This document shows positions 40,901 to 50,758 of a stretch of DNA of 64,000 nucleotides, in pieces. Origin of the DNA: a virus (taxonomy: Duplodnaviria > Caudoviricetes); the IMG/VR virus record IMGVR_UViG_3300037067_015270, positions 32,001-96,000 of that record. The stretch is one strand, 5' to 3'. The notes under the pieces are model-generated. The model did not search any database. It worked only from the letters and a program-made list of their open reading frames with translations, and was not told where the DNA came from. Position 1 is the stretch's first letter. Every line of letters begins with the position of its first letter. A program made the position numbers and the translations under genes.

Positions 40901-41885
40901 CGTCTTGAAACGTAGTCAATTTCGTTTTATATGAATCGACCACTACTGTAATTAAATCGGTCAGTTTGGTTAACTCAATTGGCGCAGCTTCTCCAACTTC
41001 TAAATCTACAGGCATTTTTACTAATAACACTTCTGCATCATCTGGTAATGGATCTCCGCTTGGTATAGATAATTTCCAGTCATCCAGAGTAACGTAATCT
41101 TTACCGTCTTCGGCAACTGTTGGATATGTTAACGACCGTTGTATAGGTTGTGCGACCAACTGATCTGCTGGTGCCGTGTTAGAGGGCACATTCATTTTGG
41201 CTGTTGTATATGATAAGCGACCTGCAGTACCATCCATCTGCATTGCTACAACCGCTGTATCAACAATATCCGTAGAGTCAATTACTTTAATGCCACTAAA
41301 GGTATATGCTGTGGTAGCGTCAGCTCCGGCATCGCCTTTTTCACCGGCTGGTCCATCATTAAAACCATCAGTACCAGCGACACCTGTAGCACCAGTTAAA
41401 CCCTTCGCACCGGCTGGGCCTACCACTTCCAAACACAACGCATTAAGAAAATTCTCACTCAATGAGAATTTAAGACCAGCCAAATTATTACCAGTTGAAT
41501 CATCTGGTAATAATTGGCCTAGGTATGCATCTCCATTAGCGTAAACGCATGCGATATTTAAGCTGTCACTATGAAGCTTGACATTACCACTAACTAGCCC
41601 GACGCGATTATCTTGTGACCTAATTATAGCACTTTGGTCAGTAATAATCCCAAATGCCCCAGCGACAATAGGAATTGAATCTAAAAGCCTCTTATTTTGT
41701 GGACTCATCAAGCCAACAGTGGTAGTATTGGCTAATGGATATGTACTGGCTGATCCTATATTCACCCAGACATCAAACTCAGATGACCATCGCCACCTAA
41801 CTAAATTACCATCTATCCATATCTGGCCATCAACTGGATTAATTGGTAGTTGGCCAGATATGGAACCGTCGCTTTGTATAGACAT
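37908..41885 (-). CDS. Tail fibre-like protein with a collagen segment and three VWA-like repeats
   Basis: N-terminus paralogous to 33394-37398. GPAGAKGLTGATG collagen segment. VVDTSGSL and LLDTTESM MIDAS-like motifs. Confidence 0.65.
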   Translation of the reverse strand: MSIQSDGSISGQLPINPVDGQIWIDGNLVRWRWSSEFDVWVNIGSASTYPLANTTTVGLMSPQNKRLLDSIPIVAGAFGIITDQSAIIRSQDNRVGLVSGNVKLHSDSLNIACVYANGDAYLGQLLPDDSTGNNLAGLKFSLSENFLNALCLEVVGPAGAKGLTGATGVAGTDGFNDGPAGEKGDAGADATTAYTFSGIKVIDSTDIVDTAVVAMQMDGTAGRLSYTTAKMNVPSNTAPADQLVAQPIQRSLTYPTVAEDGKDYVTLDDWKLSIPSGDPLPDDAEVLLVKMPVDLEVGEAAPIELTKLTDLITVVVDSYKTKLTTFQDAWMAQMKSYVETKDAAAREVLSTIAQQVAQCEFKRPLEFCVGIAPSDCSQGIASTLLMTAVTVADTTIYIDSYTNFPTTGSYTVTIDSEDMLVTSGQGTTAWVVTRGYNSTTITTHTVNTTVTLKIEVVVPIVPVGQTPQPAPGATGITTLSTSTTETSEVDSTTLVRTQYSASAPYDPTNPAKCLLPYRMMQIIITDEANPVYVTGIPDKDLNTVNYYNNDKSAWEKFINSLTPNQIVALGLLQIPNTNATYYGDERDMLCADCTLPYDSMRSETFYHLLPVQSPKITSTDIVTFVERMLSYAEYDYDTPIKLCGGEFIPNQINILFKSKAISSVAEYALEEQNALNDAISELEKLYPNICFVSTISSSSSDHNQDDRWLVDATATASRYLCYQCPTATVPGTDHVVIMCIIDEASPIYSYSGYNGPDGVSGPVGIPPNTTAWDYDLAKWKDSLAVLNGSDNKIRLGILQPQGYAGVAPRGGALKPSNSAWPGDTDRSRITIAQTNTPSFTADNMLETFKTITDDGQFAPTILYIVVDTSGSLGDPDEVNDIIAAGISVIQKTYPTLHISTDVVDVGTNKAGELATPPPVDGYITQVASDVYLWGWEYVSPAKQTILFPTLYVRSTIDAAERWLGRAVGIVEQLLYYWMPKPTYIPTASYQMLFLVITDESNCSATRTTNDGYHSYEGTGINVGYENYKTDKALWNVWLNSLCPGQYATVGVLQLANPGPSDYPEQTDRGPDQYTLADGSKTNGWVVDEAHNFTQDERDILPDTSWGTNVDTLLEDGSFPNDSKGVITHKVLPWPGFGIQRITATDIMEFYNEITNNGAICPDIIAVLLDTTESMRPSLTYWINAIVAEHNNTTHGVNVDQTSPLSYYDTTLGRWIGPRVSGAVDTIETDVGFVMDDEINSAVLAMQCIVPVSGYTTYGYKHPLVTEITYDGRWLQAINTATTYFLNKDNDTTFHVGDDDWWSSYRSTMCATVTNTTIPCSDCGSP

Positions 41886-41959
41886 TGGATGACCCTCTCA
41901 TTATATATTTCACCCAATATCTACATATTGCTGCTGTTATTACAGTGCAGCAACTATTT

Positions 41960-42355
41960 TTATTCGCCATCAAGCTTATTCAACTGATGTGCGAATGCCA
42001 TAATGGCACTATTTGAGCTACCATGTTCTAAGATATGATTGCCCAACGCAATACAAAAATCCACATCTAAAAGTATGGGTACATAATCCGCCAAAACCAA
42101 AAATGCACCAAACTGAAAAGGGTTTTGGCTGGGTTTGGCGAATGGTTTGCGGTCTTGAACAGATTCCTGAATTGGTTCCAAGTTATTCAGGTCATCATTA
42201 TCAGGATATGTATCGTCGCCAGGGTATATATCGTCGCCACTTTGTCGTACGCCGCTTGGTCGTTTACTGCATGTCTTCTCATGATTAGTAAGACCAGACC
42301 TGCTCCTGGCCGATTTTCCACAATACTTACAAGTTAAGTCACAAGTTACGCTCAT
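41960..42355 (-). CDS. Protein with an N-terminal C2H2/C2HC zinc finger
   Basis: CKYCGKSARSRSGLTNHEKTC. Confidence 0.6.
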   Translation of the reverse strand: MSVTCDLTCKYCGKSARSRSGLTNHEKTCSKRPSGVRQSGDDIYPGDDTYPDNDDLNNLEPIQESVQDRKPFAKPSQNPFQFGAFLVLADYVPILLDVDFCIALGNHILEHGSSNSAIMAFAHQLNKLDGE

Positions 42356-42425
42356 TGGTTATCCTTTATATGAAACGTGGTGCTATGTAATACTCAAAGA
42401 GAGTTAAACATTCAAAAATAATTGT

Positions 42426-42680
42426 ATGGAATCATTCTTCGAAGAATTAGAAACTGTAAAAGCTGGAAACACGTTATACCAAGGTTGGTTAGATTACGCT
42501 TTATCATTTACAAAGTCGGACATACGAGAAATTATCGAAAATGGCTTGACATACCAAGCAGATAGTTTGCGATCTATGATACGCGAATTGATTGCGGGGC
42601 AACCAGTACCAAAGACATTGCATCGTAAACTAGACATAATTTTAGTTGCCGCTAGACGACAAGCAAACCAACTAAGATAA
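42426..42680 (+). CDS. Hypothetical protein
   Basis: 84 aa ORF. Confidence 0.55.
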   Translation: MESFFEELETVKAGNTLYQGWLDYALSFTKSDIREIIENGLTYQADSLRSMIRELIAGQPVPKTLHRKLDIILVAARRQANQLR

Positions 42681-42758
42681 CAATCATAAAATACATATTA
42701 CATTTGATTTTCTTGCCGTGCTTCGTATTCTTTATAAGAAGCAAATGAGTTCCATATA

Positions 42759-43022
42759 CTATGAATTTTGAGAGTCTCTGGTAGCTAACAATCCATTCTT
42801 ACGTTCTTCTGCCGATCTTTTCATAATTTCTTCTGGCGTCGGATCAACTATTCTAGAATTCTTACACTTGCGAATTTCTACATCGCTAGTTACCAATATG
42901 CTCCTTATTTGGATACGAGAGCAATCGAATTGGCGACTCAATTCTCCGAGTGCCATTCCATTCTTATACTTATCACATATAATAGGCCATTCCTTCATAT
43001 CTATCTTATGTTGTGCACCCAT
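42759..43022 (-). CDS. Small HTH protein
   Basis: YKNGMALGELSRQFDCSRIQIRSIL. Confidence 0.55.
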   Translation of the reverse strand: MGAQHKIDMKEWPIICDKYKNGMALGELSRQFDCSRIQIRSILVTSDVEIRKCKNSRIVDPTPEEIMKRSAEERKNGLLATRDSQNS

Positions 43023-43319
43023 GGCTAAGAGATCATCCCATTAGGATGAATTACCTCTGCTATCCTAGCTATTCCTTTTGGATATAATATTTCTGCAATA
43101 GTTTCAGCAATTTCTCGCCTCATCTTTTCATCTTTTGATTCCATAGCAATAAATAAATCAAGTAGTGTCTTGACCTTCTTATCGTTACATAAGATTCTTC
43201 TGACGATGCGTCTGCGTATTAAATCTGAGTCCATAATTATTAAAATGGTCTGATGATGTATTTGATACTCTACCTTAAATACCAATAAAGGAAAGCACAA
43301 TTACAATAAGGAAATAACC

Positions 43320-43865
43320 ATGGCATTAGTTTGGCCAGCACCGATTGAAATCACCGAAAGATTACAAGAAGTCAAAAACAAATACCATTCACAGCTCGAA
43401 AGCGTATCGATCGTTATCGAGCTGTCGGATGCCAAACCGTTCAAGGTCAATAGGCTGAACTTAGGTAATCTCCGCAAGTTCTCAACAGCTAATAAGATTT
43501 GGCAGAAGGGCGATTTTGATTTCTGCATTACAATCGTCGGAGAGGTCTGGCAGGAGATATTACAAGGAGATCAGCGTGATGCCATTATCGACCTACACTT
43601 AACTAGGATCGAGCCAATATGTGAACCACAGGTCATCATTGAGAACAAGAAGCGTATCATTTGTAAGGATGATTTCGGTAGAATCATCCTTACAAACGAA
43701 CAGAAACTCGATAAGAACGGCGAGCCAAAATGGCGAATTCTACCGGTCGATCTTGGAGTTTTGGCACAAAACGTACGACGCTACGGGTATTGGTTCGATG
43801 ATCTTGTAGAATTCCGCAAAATCGGCGAAATAGTAAGCCCGTCCAACGAGGAACTCTCTGCATAG
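43320..43865 (+). CDS. Putative phage metallopeptidase-family protein with degenerate HExxH
   Basis: DFDFCITIVGEVWQ...QRDAIIDLHLTRI...D...VRRYG. Confidence 0.5.
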   Translation: MALVWPAPIEITERLQEVKNKYHSQLESVSIVIELSDAKPFKVNRLNLGNLRKFSTANKIWQKGDFDFCITIVGEVWQEILQGDQRDAIIDLHLTRIEPICEPQVIIENKKRIICKDDFGRIILTNEQKLDKNGEPKWRILPVDLGVLAQNVRRYGYWFDDLVEFRKIGEIVSPSNEELSA

Positions 43866-43882
43866 AAGCATATGAGGGAATT

Positions 43883-44167
43883 ATGAATCGACGGACCCAT
43901 AAGCAGATCGTTGCCGAATGCACCTACGCGGTTGCGTGTTGTTACGACCACTACTGTGATGAAGGCTTGAGTGAGGATGGCTTCGTGGCTGTACATGAGG
44001 CACTGATGGCAGTTTTGCCTCATCAGGGTTCTGGGATTGCTTACCGCGAGTCGGTGGAAGAAAGCCCCTGGACTGAGTTTCGATCTCGTATTGTTTGGCC
44101 CATGGACTGGGATCACACCGAGGATTATGGAAACACCCCTACAGGCGACATGAGATTTCACAAATGA
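43883..44167 (+). CDS. Hypothetical protein
   Basis: GAGG RBS and ATGA overlap with thyX. Confidence 0.55.
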   Translation: MNRRTHKQIVAECTYAVACCYDHYCDEGLSEDGFVAVHEALMAVLPHQGSGIAYRESVEESPWTEFRSRIVWPMDWDHTEDYGNTPTGDMRFHK

Positions 44168-45123
44168 GCATTCAATCACGTATCAATGCATTACCAAATA
44201 TCGAAGACTTAGAAACTAGACTATCGACCGGCGAAAAGCTTCGCAGTCTTCTAAACGACAGAAATACTGGTCGTTTGCTCGAATGTCTCGATGATGGCTT
44301 TGTGCGTTTAGTCGACCATATGGGCAACGATGCAGCTATCGTTCAAGCTGCCAGAGTGAGTTATGGTACTGGGACAAAAGCTGTCAGCGATGACAGGTCA
44401 CTAATACGTTACTTGATAAGCCATCGGCATACATCGCCACTAGAGATGGTCGAATTCAAGTTCCATGTCCGCGTTCCAATGGATTGTTGGCGTCAGTGGA
44501 TCAGGCACAGATGTGCGAGTGTGAATGAATATTCAACACGGTATAGTGAAGCTATCGACAGCCGTAGTATGACGAATGATGGCCAATGGCGATTACAAGC
44601 CAATGATCGCAAACAAGGTTCCGATGACTTTCTGCCGCCAGAACAGACAAATACTCAGACAGTGCAAAACGATTTGAGTTATTATGAATTCACAGGCAAG
44701 TATCTCTCAAAAAGAGAAGCAGAACTACATGAGCTTGCTGATCGAGTCTACCAAGAAAGACTCGATGCAGGTGTCGCCAGAGAGCAGGCTAGAAAAGATC
44801 TACCATTAAGCACTTATACCGAAGCATATTGGAAGATTGATGGCAATAATCTGTTCCATTTCTTGGGGCTGCGTATGGATAAACATGCTCAACTTGAAAT
44901 CCGGACCTACGCAAACGCTATAGCAAAGCTCATCCAAGGTATAGTACCTTTCGCTTGGGAGGCTTTCGAAGATTATCAGCTTAATGCTATGACACTAAGC
45001 CAACAAGAGGTATGGGAAATCTACGGGTTACTACATCCCGACAATACGACCGGATGCAAGCCATTAGGTAAAAGAGAAAAGAAAGAACTCGCTGCGAAGC
45101 TGGAACGTCTCGGCATCGGTTAA
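44164..45123 (+). CDS. thyX: FAD-dependent thymidylate synthase
   Basis: AARVSY, HTSPLE, RQWIRHRCASVNEYSTRY, REQAR, HAQLEIR. Start chosen at MSIQ. Confidence 0.95.
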   Translation: MSIQSRINALPNIEDLETRLSTGEKLRSLLNDRNTGRLLECLDDGFVRLVDHMGNDAAIVQAARVSYGTGTKAVSDDRSLIRYLISHRHTSPLEMVEFKFHVRVPMDCWRQWIRHRCASVNEYSTRYSEAIDSRSMTNDGQWRLQANDRKQGSDDFLPPEQTNTQTVQNDLSYYEFTGKYLSKREAELHELADRVYQERLDAGVAREQARKDLPLSTYTEAYWKIDGNNLFHFLGLRMDKHAQLEIRTYANAIAKLIQGIVPFAWEAFEDYQLNAMTLSQQEVWEIYGLLHPDNTTGCKPLGKREKKELAAKLERLGIG

Positions 45124-45148
45124 TAGCAGTTCATTCTCGTGCTATAAC
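45120..45148 (+). promoter_or_regulatory. Sigma70-type phage promoter TTAATA-N17-TATAAC with extended -10
   Basis: Same motif as the promoters in the pentamer array. A 59 aa ORF (45154-45333) follows. Confidence 0.6.
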
Positions 45149-45334
45149 CATATATGGCATTTACAGACGACACATTTCTGCAACTCTTACGCCTAGGTCC
45201 AGTCAGTCGGCATCAGATACCCATCAGTGGTGGCGAACTATATCTGATGATCCAACGTCTTTTTGGACGCGGATTCAAGGTCTACCGCATCGATGCTGGC
45301 GGCAATCCGACATGGCAATTATCGGGAGAATAAC

Positions 45335-45679
45335 ATGCTAACAGAAGTTGAAGCGAGAGCCAAGGGTGCCACTATGCTGCGAAAGCTCAAAGGCACCGGA
45401 TGGACCATCGAAATATTCGAGAACTGTGGCTGGCATGCTACTGCACACAATAGGCATATTTCGGTCCACGAGAGCCATGGCCAATATTACGCCCTATTCT
45501 CCCTCGACCCGACTCGCACAGGCTGCGGCGACATTTTTTGGCCAAAAAGTGGTCTTTTCAACAATCCACAGAAGGCTGTAGAATCTTTCATGGATGGCGC
45601 ACGCTTATTCCTAAATACTGTCCGCTGTGCAGTCGAATACGTTGAAAAGCGAACATGTAGAAGAACTACGTGCTCTTGA
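45335..45679 (+). CDS. Hypothetical protein
   Basis: GGAG RBS before MLTEVEAR. Confidence 0.55.
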   Translation: MLTEVEARAKGATMLRKLKGTGWTIEIFENCGWHATAHNRHISVHESHGQYYALFSLDPTRTGCGDIFWPKSGLFNNPQKAVESFMDGARLFLNTVRCAVEYVEKRTCRRTTCS

Positions 45680-45953
45680 ACCTTATTTGCGTCAAGGGTC
45701 GTGGGAAAAACCATCGTTATTTCTGTCGTACAAAGCCGAAGTAGTGCATGTCTGCCGCGACCAAGTCGTGGTGATAATGAATATCGACGATGATTTGGTA
45801 GAACGGACATATAACACTTCACAATTTGTTAAAATCCCGCAAAAGGGTGACGTACTTGAAATTCAAGTACTTAACAAATCGGAGCAAGTGCATGAGCCAA
45901 GTCGAACACGAACACCACGAAAGAATGTCGTTCCGTGCCCACGAACCTTCTAG
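45627..45953 (+). CDS. Hypothetical protein
   Basis: ORF continuing the operon. Confidence 0.45.
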   Translation: MQSNTLKSEHVEELRALEPYLRQGSWEKPSLFLSYKAEVVHVCRDQVVVIMNIDDDLVERTYNTSQFVKIPQKGDVLEIQVLNKSEQVHEPSRTRTPRKNVVPCPRTF

Positions 45954-45980
45954 CACTTGTTGCCCATTCCTCGGTTATTC

Positions 45981-46403
45981 TTAACGATAGAGCCGACCGA
46001 TATATATCGGGCGTAACGGATAGCCCCAGTTATACCCATAACCAGGATTATAACTGGTATAATTGGAATATCGATATTTGTAGTACGACTTATACCAATA
46101 TGATTGTTTTTGAAGTTGTATTCTAGCTATTCTAGCCGCCTGATTTTGCTCTTCTTGTTGCCGTTTCTTTTCTCTTTTTAATATATAAGCTTTCGTGATT
46201 ACTGCTACCTGCGTCGGCGTCATGTCGTTCAATCTCTTTTCCCAGACCGTAATCTTACGCTCGTCGAATCGCAAATCGACCATCAAATGAGCCAGCAGCC
46301 ATTCTTTTTGTTGTTGTATTGATAGTTTGTCAACTGAATCGCTCTTGGCTTCGCCGTATGTTTGAGATATGAGCATAACCGAAACGAAGACGAGTGTATT
46401 CAT
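45981..46403 (-). CDS. Secreted/membrane hypothetical protein
   Basis: MNTLVFVSVMLIS signal-like start. Tyr/Gly-rich tail. Confidence 0.5.
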   Translation of the reverse strand: MNTLVFVSVMLISQTYGEAKSDSVDKLSIQQQKEWLLAHLMVDLRFDERKITVWEKRLNDMTPTQVAVITKAYILKREKKRQQEEQNQAARIARIQLQKQSYWYKSYYKYRYSNYTSYNPGYGYNWGYPLRPIYIGRLYR

Positions 46404-46845
46404 GTTGCGCCTACCGAATAGACATAAATTGTTGATGTAACGCGTATAACTTGTCGTAAAAAATCTTGATTCCTTCGTGATCTTGCAGCAGCATGGCATC
46501 AGTCATATTTTGAATTTCTAGAGTCATAGCAGTATAAATCTTCTCGAATTTTTCGAGCTTTGCTGTGGCTTGCCGCAATTCTTGTGATCTTCTGGCCAGC
46601 TTTACACTCATGCAGACCATCATGACAGTACAAATGAAATAAAGAAAACTAATTATGTATATCATTTCTTTTCTTCGTCTTCGTCTTCCAGAACGTCCAT
46701 GTATGCTGACAATTGAAACATTTGAACTCCTGTCTTCGCGGAGATTGCTTATATAGATAACCAGCACACTCTCCACAGCAAGGGCAGCGTTCTACTGTCG
46801 GTCGTGGTTTACTCATAATCACCTGGAATTATATACCAGATGACG

Positions 46846-47304
46846 CTAATCGAGATCAATGACTCTATTCTCTTGTGGAGGCGTCTGCCTTTGTGCAACA
46901 GCGGCGACAATCTCCGTTACGTTGAGATTGTGGGCTCGATTGCCGCCATCAATATTTTCGATAGCTTTGAGGATGTCTTTCTTGTTGACAATGCCAAGTT
47001 GCCAGCCTCGCACACACGCTATCATTGCAGCGAGATTGTGATTGCAAATGTCATTGAACAACAGACAAATATGTTGTCCACGGATTGCTAACATATCTAG
47101 GCCGACTAAGATTTCAAAACCATCTGGGTCTGCTTTCGCGATCTCAGAACAAATTTGTAATGCATCAACATCGCCGTCTGCTATGATCCACGCGGCAGTC
47201 ATTGCCGTATCATTGGAATCAAGCTTCGGCTTATCAACAACATGGTTGAGCCCATCGACACGATAACCATAAGCATTAGCACTGGCCCAATTACAACCAC
47301 CCAT
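46846..47304 (-). CDS. Hypothetical protein
   Basis: AAGGAG RBS. Promoter TTCAAT-N17-TATAAC at 47346-47374. Confidence 0.7.
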   Translation of the reverse strand: MGGCNWASANAYGYRVDGLNHVVDKPKLDSNDTAMTAAWIIADGDVDALQICSEIAKADPDGFEILVGLDMLAIRGQHICLLFNDICNHNLAAMIACVRGWQLGIVNKKDILKAIENIDGGNRAHNLNVTEIVAAVAQRQTPPQENRVIDLD

Positions 47305-47406
47305 ACTGTTTTCTCCTTAAATGAGGTTAATCAAGAATCTCTATAGTTATAGCACAAAAAGACGTTTCATTGAATTAGCAAATATAATTTGAACTCGGAG
47401 GTATAT

Positions 47407-47622
47407 ATGAAACTTAAAGAATTAACCGAAGACGGCGTAACCAAGGAAAGACCTCAAACGTCGCAGACTAAAAAACGCGTATGGCAAACTGACGCGCACC
47501 AAGGAAAGAAATGCAATGCCGCTAAATCTGTTGGACCAGAAGCGAAACCCTACCGATGGGGGACTGGTAAACCAATGTCTGGAGATGGGTATTCTGAACA
47601 TATCCTCCCAGTTGGGCATTAG
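47407..47622 (+). CDS. Small protein with an MKLKELTE leader
   Basis: GGAGG RBS before the ATG at 47407. Confidence 0.55.
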   Translation: MKLKELTEDGVTKERPQTSQTKKRVWQTDAHQGKKCNAAKSVGPEAKPYRWGTGKPMSGDGYSEHILPVGH

Positions 47623-47876
47623 TCCATTGTCTTACTACAAGGAAGGTTCTTATCAGCCCATGCTCCCCATCTTTTGATTTGTTCTTGCCAATGCGTGGGC
47701 ATCTCTTCTTGGGTCATTATAACGTCAATGTTCGATTTAGCTGTTCGCACTGACCATTGGCCCTCTGGTAGTAAACTACCGCCTGAGTAGATCGTGCCTG
47801 CACCTTCTACGGTCTTGTCGTCAAGGCTCATAAACTGAATGAATAACATCCTGGTCATTAATGTCTCCAAGTATCT

Positions 47877-48569
47877 CTAAGTATGTCTGAGCATGTCTAA
47901 GCACTCAGGTACTCGAAGATTATAACACTCACGCTGCATATCGAGTACTTCAGATGCAGCTGAACTAAGTGTGCATTGTAGGATAGCACGCCGCCCTGCC
48001 TTACTATCTAATAAGTACGTCAATGGTGGCGCTATGAAATCATCATTTATAATACCGTTTGGTGTCATTACTGACTTCGTCTTGACCCACTTATGAAAAG
48101 GTTTTGGTCGCCCATCTGCATCTATTGGCGAATCTCTGTGTTTGACTAGAAATTCTCGATACAATGCCCAATCGCAGATTATCACAGCATCAGGCCGCGT
48201 CCGTTCGACGTTTATATAACCAACTACTAAATGGTCAATGTGTGCATCAGTGAAATCACGTACGCTACATAGAACAGTTAGGAATCCGAAATATGGTGCA
48301 TTGCATGTTTTTTCCTGGATTCTGATAGACCCGTTAATAATCAAATCGATTTTCTGGATTCTATCGTCATCCGTATTACTTCTATCGTCAATATTACATC
48401 CAGCATTACATCCATTACCATAGAAGCCATAGTAAAACGGAACGAGTAGCTTATGGTTTTCTTGTGATATCATGAATTGTTCCTCAAATGTCATGGTGCT
48501 GGTAGATAAATAACTTGTGGTGGTGATAATGTTTTCTGTGGTGCTGATAATAGCGGGACATTCGACCAC
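47877..48569 (-). CDS. Hypothetical protein (possible PD-(D/E)xK fold)
   Basis: KIDLI...IQEK motif. Confidence 0.45.
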   Translation of the reverse strand: MVECPAIISTTENIITTTSYLSTSTMTFEEQFMISQENHKLLVPFYYGFYGNGCNAGCNIDDRSNTDDDRIQKIDLIINGSIRIQEKTCNAPYFGFLTVLCSVRDFTDAHIDHLVVGYINVERTRPDAVIICDWALYREFLVKHRDSPIDADGRPKPFHKWVKTKSVMTPNGIINDDFIAPPLTYLLDSKAGRRAILQCTLSSAASEVLDMQRECYNLRVPECLDMLRHT

Positions 48570-49249
48570 TCACCGCGATTATTCCAACTCCAAAACATCA
48601 AATAACCCATACGACCCAGAATAATTTGGTCTATTGTGGCAGTTCTCGTAAGTCTCTCTTGAAGATCAGCGGCTTCAGCAATCGAACCAATACCTAAATA
48701 CTCGAAAGCAGGTCCTCTAAATTCGAGCGGCAACTCGTCTTGTTTCTTATGGTCATAAGTTTTACCATAGCTACTTGTACTTCTTGGGTTGTGCCAGAAG
48801 ACATGCAAACTATTCTGTTCTGACGTGGCGAGAGCAATACGCACGATAACAAGGCGCTTAGCAACAGAATCCACAACTTCTTCGAACTTCTTTTGATATT
48901 CTAATGGATCAACTTGCTGTAGAAAAGACATGAAAAAGCTGTCAGTACAATCTTCACTTGCAACCTGTGTCTGATGACGATAATAGCAGTGATAAATTCC
49001 AAGAATTTCCCTAGAAAAGAGGACGTCTCCGAAAGAGCTCTCCGGCATATCAGCTAGCAAGGAGGCAACACGCTTAACTGCAAAGCGCCAGGCAGCATCA
49101 TGATTTGAATACTGCGGATTGATTATTTTACAAGCCAAATTCCAAAGTTCATCCTCTTCCTCTGGTTTAGCTGTCGACTCAGGAACAGTCAGTTTTATCT
49201 GGTCCTGTTTTGGGCAGTATTTTTCAAGTTGATATAGTATGGACCTCAT
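48491..49249 (-). CDS. Hypothetical protein
   Basis: 252 aa ORF. Confidence 0.6.
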   Translation of the reverse strand: MRSILYQLEKYCPKQDQIKLTVPESTAKPEEEDELWNLACKIINPQYSNHDAAWRFAVKRVASLLADMPESSFGDVLFSREILGIYHCYYRHQTQVASEDCTDSFFMSFLQQVDPLEYQKKFEEVVDSVAKRLVIVRIALATSEQNSLHVFWHNPRSTSSYGKTYDHKKQDELPLEFRGPAFEYLGIGSIAEAADLQERLTRTATIDQIILGRMGYLMFWSWNNRGEWSNVPLLSAPQKTLSPPQVIYLPAP

Positions 49250-49262
49250 ATTACATCAAATA

Positions 49263-49691
49263 CTATAGCTCTATTGCCATAGATTGGCAAGAATACCCTG
49301 TCTCAAAAGGTAGACTCTTGCCGAGTTTTCTTTGAATTGATTTGCATGACATATTAAAGTATGCGTTTGGACTATCACTATTGGTCCTTTCGAACTTGAA
49401 ACCAGCAATCAACGCACCAACTATGAATACGCCATTAGCAATATATTTATTGGGCGAGTATGGTTCAATTGTGTGCTTGAGTCTATAACTACTACCACAG
49501 CTTTGTGTAATGTTTTTAATCTTTTCGATATCAGACAGCCATTTTATGACGAATGCTATATCGTCAGATTTATCAAGCAAATCTCGAATACCGGTTTCTT
49601 CATCTGATCGCCATGAAGTGCCAAAACCTCCAACACCAAGTGTTGGATGTTTATCACAAACAGCCTTTATCTGGCTACGCAGATTTTTCAT
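49263..49691 (-). CDS. Phage hypothetical protein
   Basis: SSYRLKH...YIANGVFIVGALIAGF motif. Confidence 0.6.
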   Translation of the reverse strand: MKNLRSQIKAVCDKHPTLGVGGFGTSWRSDEETGIRDLLDKSDDIAFVIKWLSDIEKIKNITQSCGSSYRLKHTIEPYSPNKYIANGVFIVGALIAGFKFERTNSDSPNAYFNMSCKSIQRKLGKSLPFETGYSCQSMAIEL

Positions 49692-49696
49692 AGCTC

Positions 49697-50410
49697 TTAT
49701 GCTGCTGCTTTAATGGATTGTAAGATTTGTGGGAGTGTCCTAGCGTCTACTGGCGATGCTATCGAGAGTTTTGGTGTCACTTGCCAAATTTTTGCCAATG
49801 ACTTGAATTGCTCCTCGCTGTGTAAAATCATCACATAACGGGTAATGAGACTATCAGTTGGTGTGAAATCACCTTGTAGAACGACACACAATTTTTCGAT
49901 TGGTATGCCACGGTCGTAAACGATAGTCATACCATGGCCAGGATAAATCTGATAAACTTTACCGGACTTCGCTTGCACACTAACGAATCCATTACGAAGA
50001 AATCGTTGAAACTTGTCGTCGCCCAGTATTACATGAAGTGTTTCACGAGCACGCATTTCTCGCTCTTCTACAATCGCCTTAATTGGCGTACGCGATGCTA
50101 TGAAAAGCGGAGTTTGACGTGCTCGCAATATTTGCCGAAATCTTTCACTGATCGTCAATGGCGGCTTGCTAACCACATATCTTATGTAACTATCAGAGTT
50201 ATATGTGATATTTATACCGCAAGTATAGCCATTAGAGACACTACCGGTGTAATAATCAGAGTTACTGAAACTACATGTGTTTGTATTTTTGTAGGTTATC
50301 TTATACTGTTTCTTTTCTATATTGTAGTATGGTATGGTATAGATGTTAGATGTCGCTGTTGACGCCAACTCCGTGCAATAGTTTATTATGCCGCCAGTAT
50401 GATATGACAT
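49697..50410 (-). CDS. Phage hypothetical protein
   Basis: 237 aa, in a tight operon. Confidence 0.65.
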   Translation of the reverse strand: MSYHTGGIINYCTELASTATSNIYTIPYYNIEKKQYKITYKNTNTCSFSNSDYYTGSVSNGYTCGINITYNSDSYIRYVVSKPPLTISERFRQILRARQTPLFIASRTPIKAIVEEREMRARETLHVILGDDKFQRFLRNGFVSVQAKSGKVYQIYPGHGMTIVYDRGIPIEKLCVVLQGDFTPTDSLITRYVMILHSEEQFKSLAKIWQVTPKLSIASPVDARTLPQILQSIKAAA

Positions 50411-50411
50411 A

Positions 50412-50756
50412 CTAACCTCCTCTAGCCATTTTTATCGGTGCAAATATGACCTGCTCTTCCATAGGATCAAACTCCTTCATTTCATCAGATAAAGCCTTAC
50501 CAGCGATGCCCACTTTGAATGGTGTCAATCCTTTCTTCTTCAAGTCATCAAACATCTCTTTGGCTGCTCTAATATCTGCTAGACTATTAGAATCCCACAC
50601 AACACGCTTGTCGCCATCTTTATGATTAATGATTCGGAAAATGCCGTGCTTGGGTGGCGGTATAGAACCATCAAATACGCGAAGTGGCTTCGGAATAGCG
50701 ACACGTATTGTTAAATTGCTATCATCAACCACAGGTACTTCTACAAAATCGGTCAT
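50412..50756 (-). CDS. Phage hypothetical protein ending in RGG
   Basis: 114 aa. Confidence 0.65.
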   Translation of the reverse strand: MTDFVEVPVVDDSNLTIRVAIPKPLRVFDGSIPPPKHGIFRIINHKDGDKRVVWDSNSLADIRAAKEMFDDLKKKGLTPFKVGIAGKALSDEMKEFDPMEEQVIFAPIKMARGG

Positions 50757-50758
50757 AA

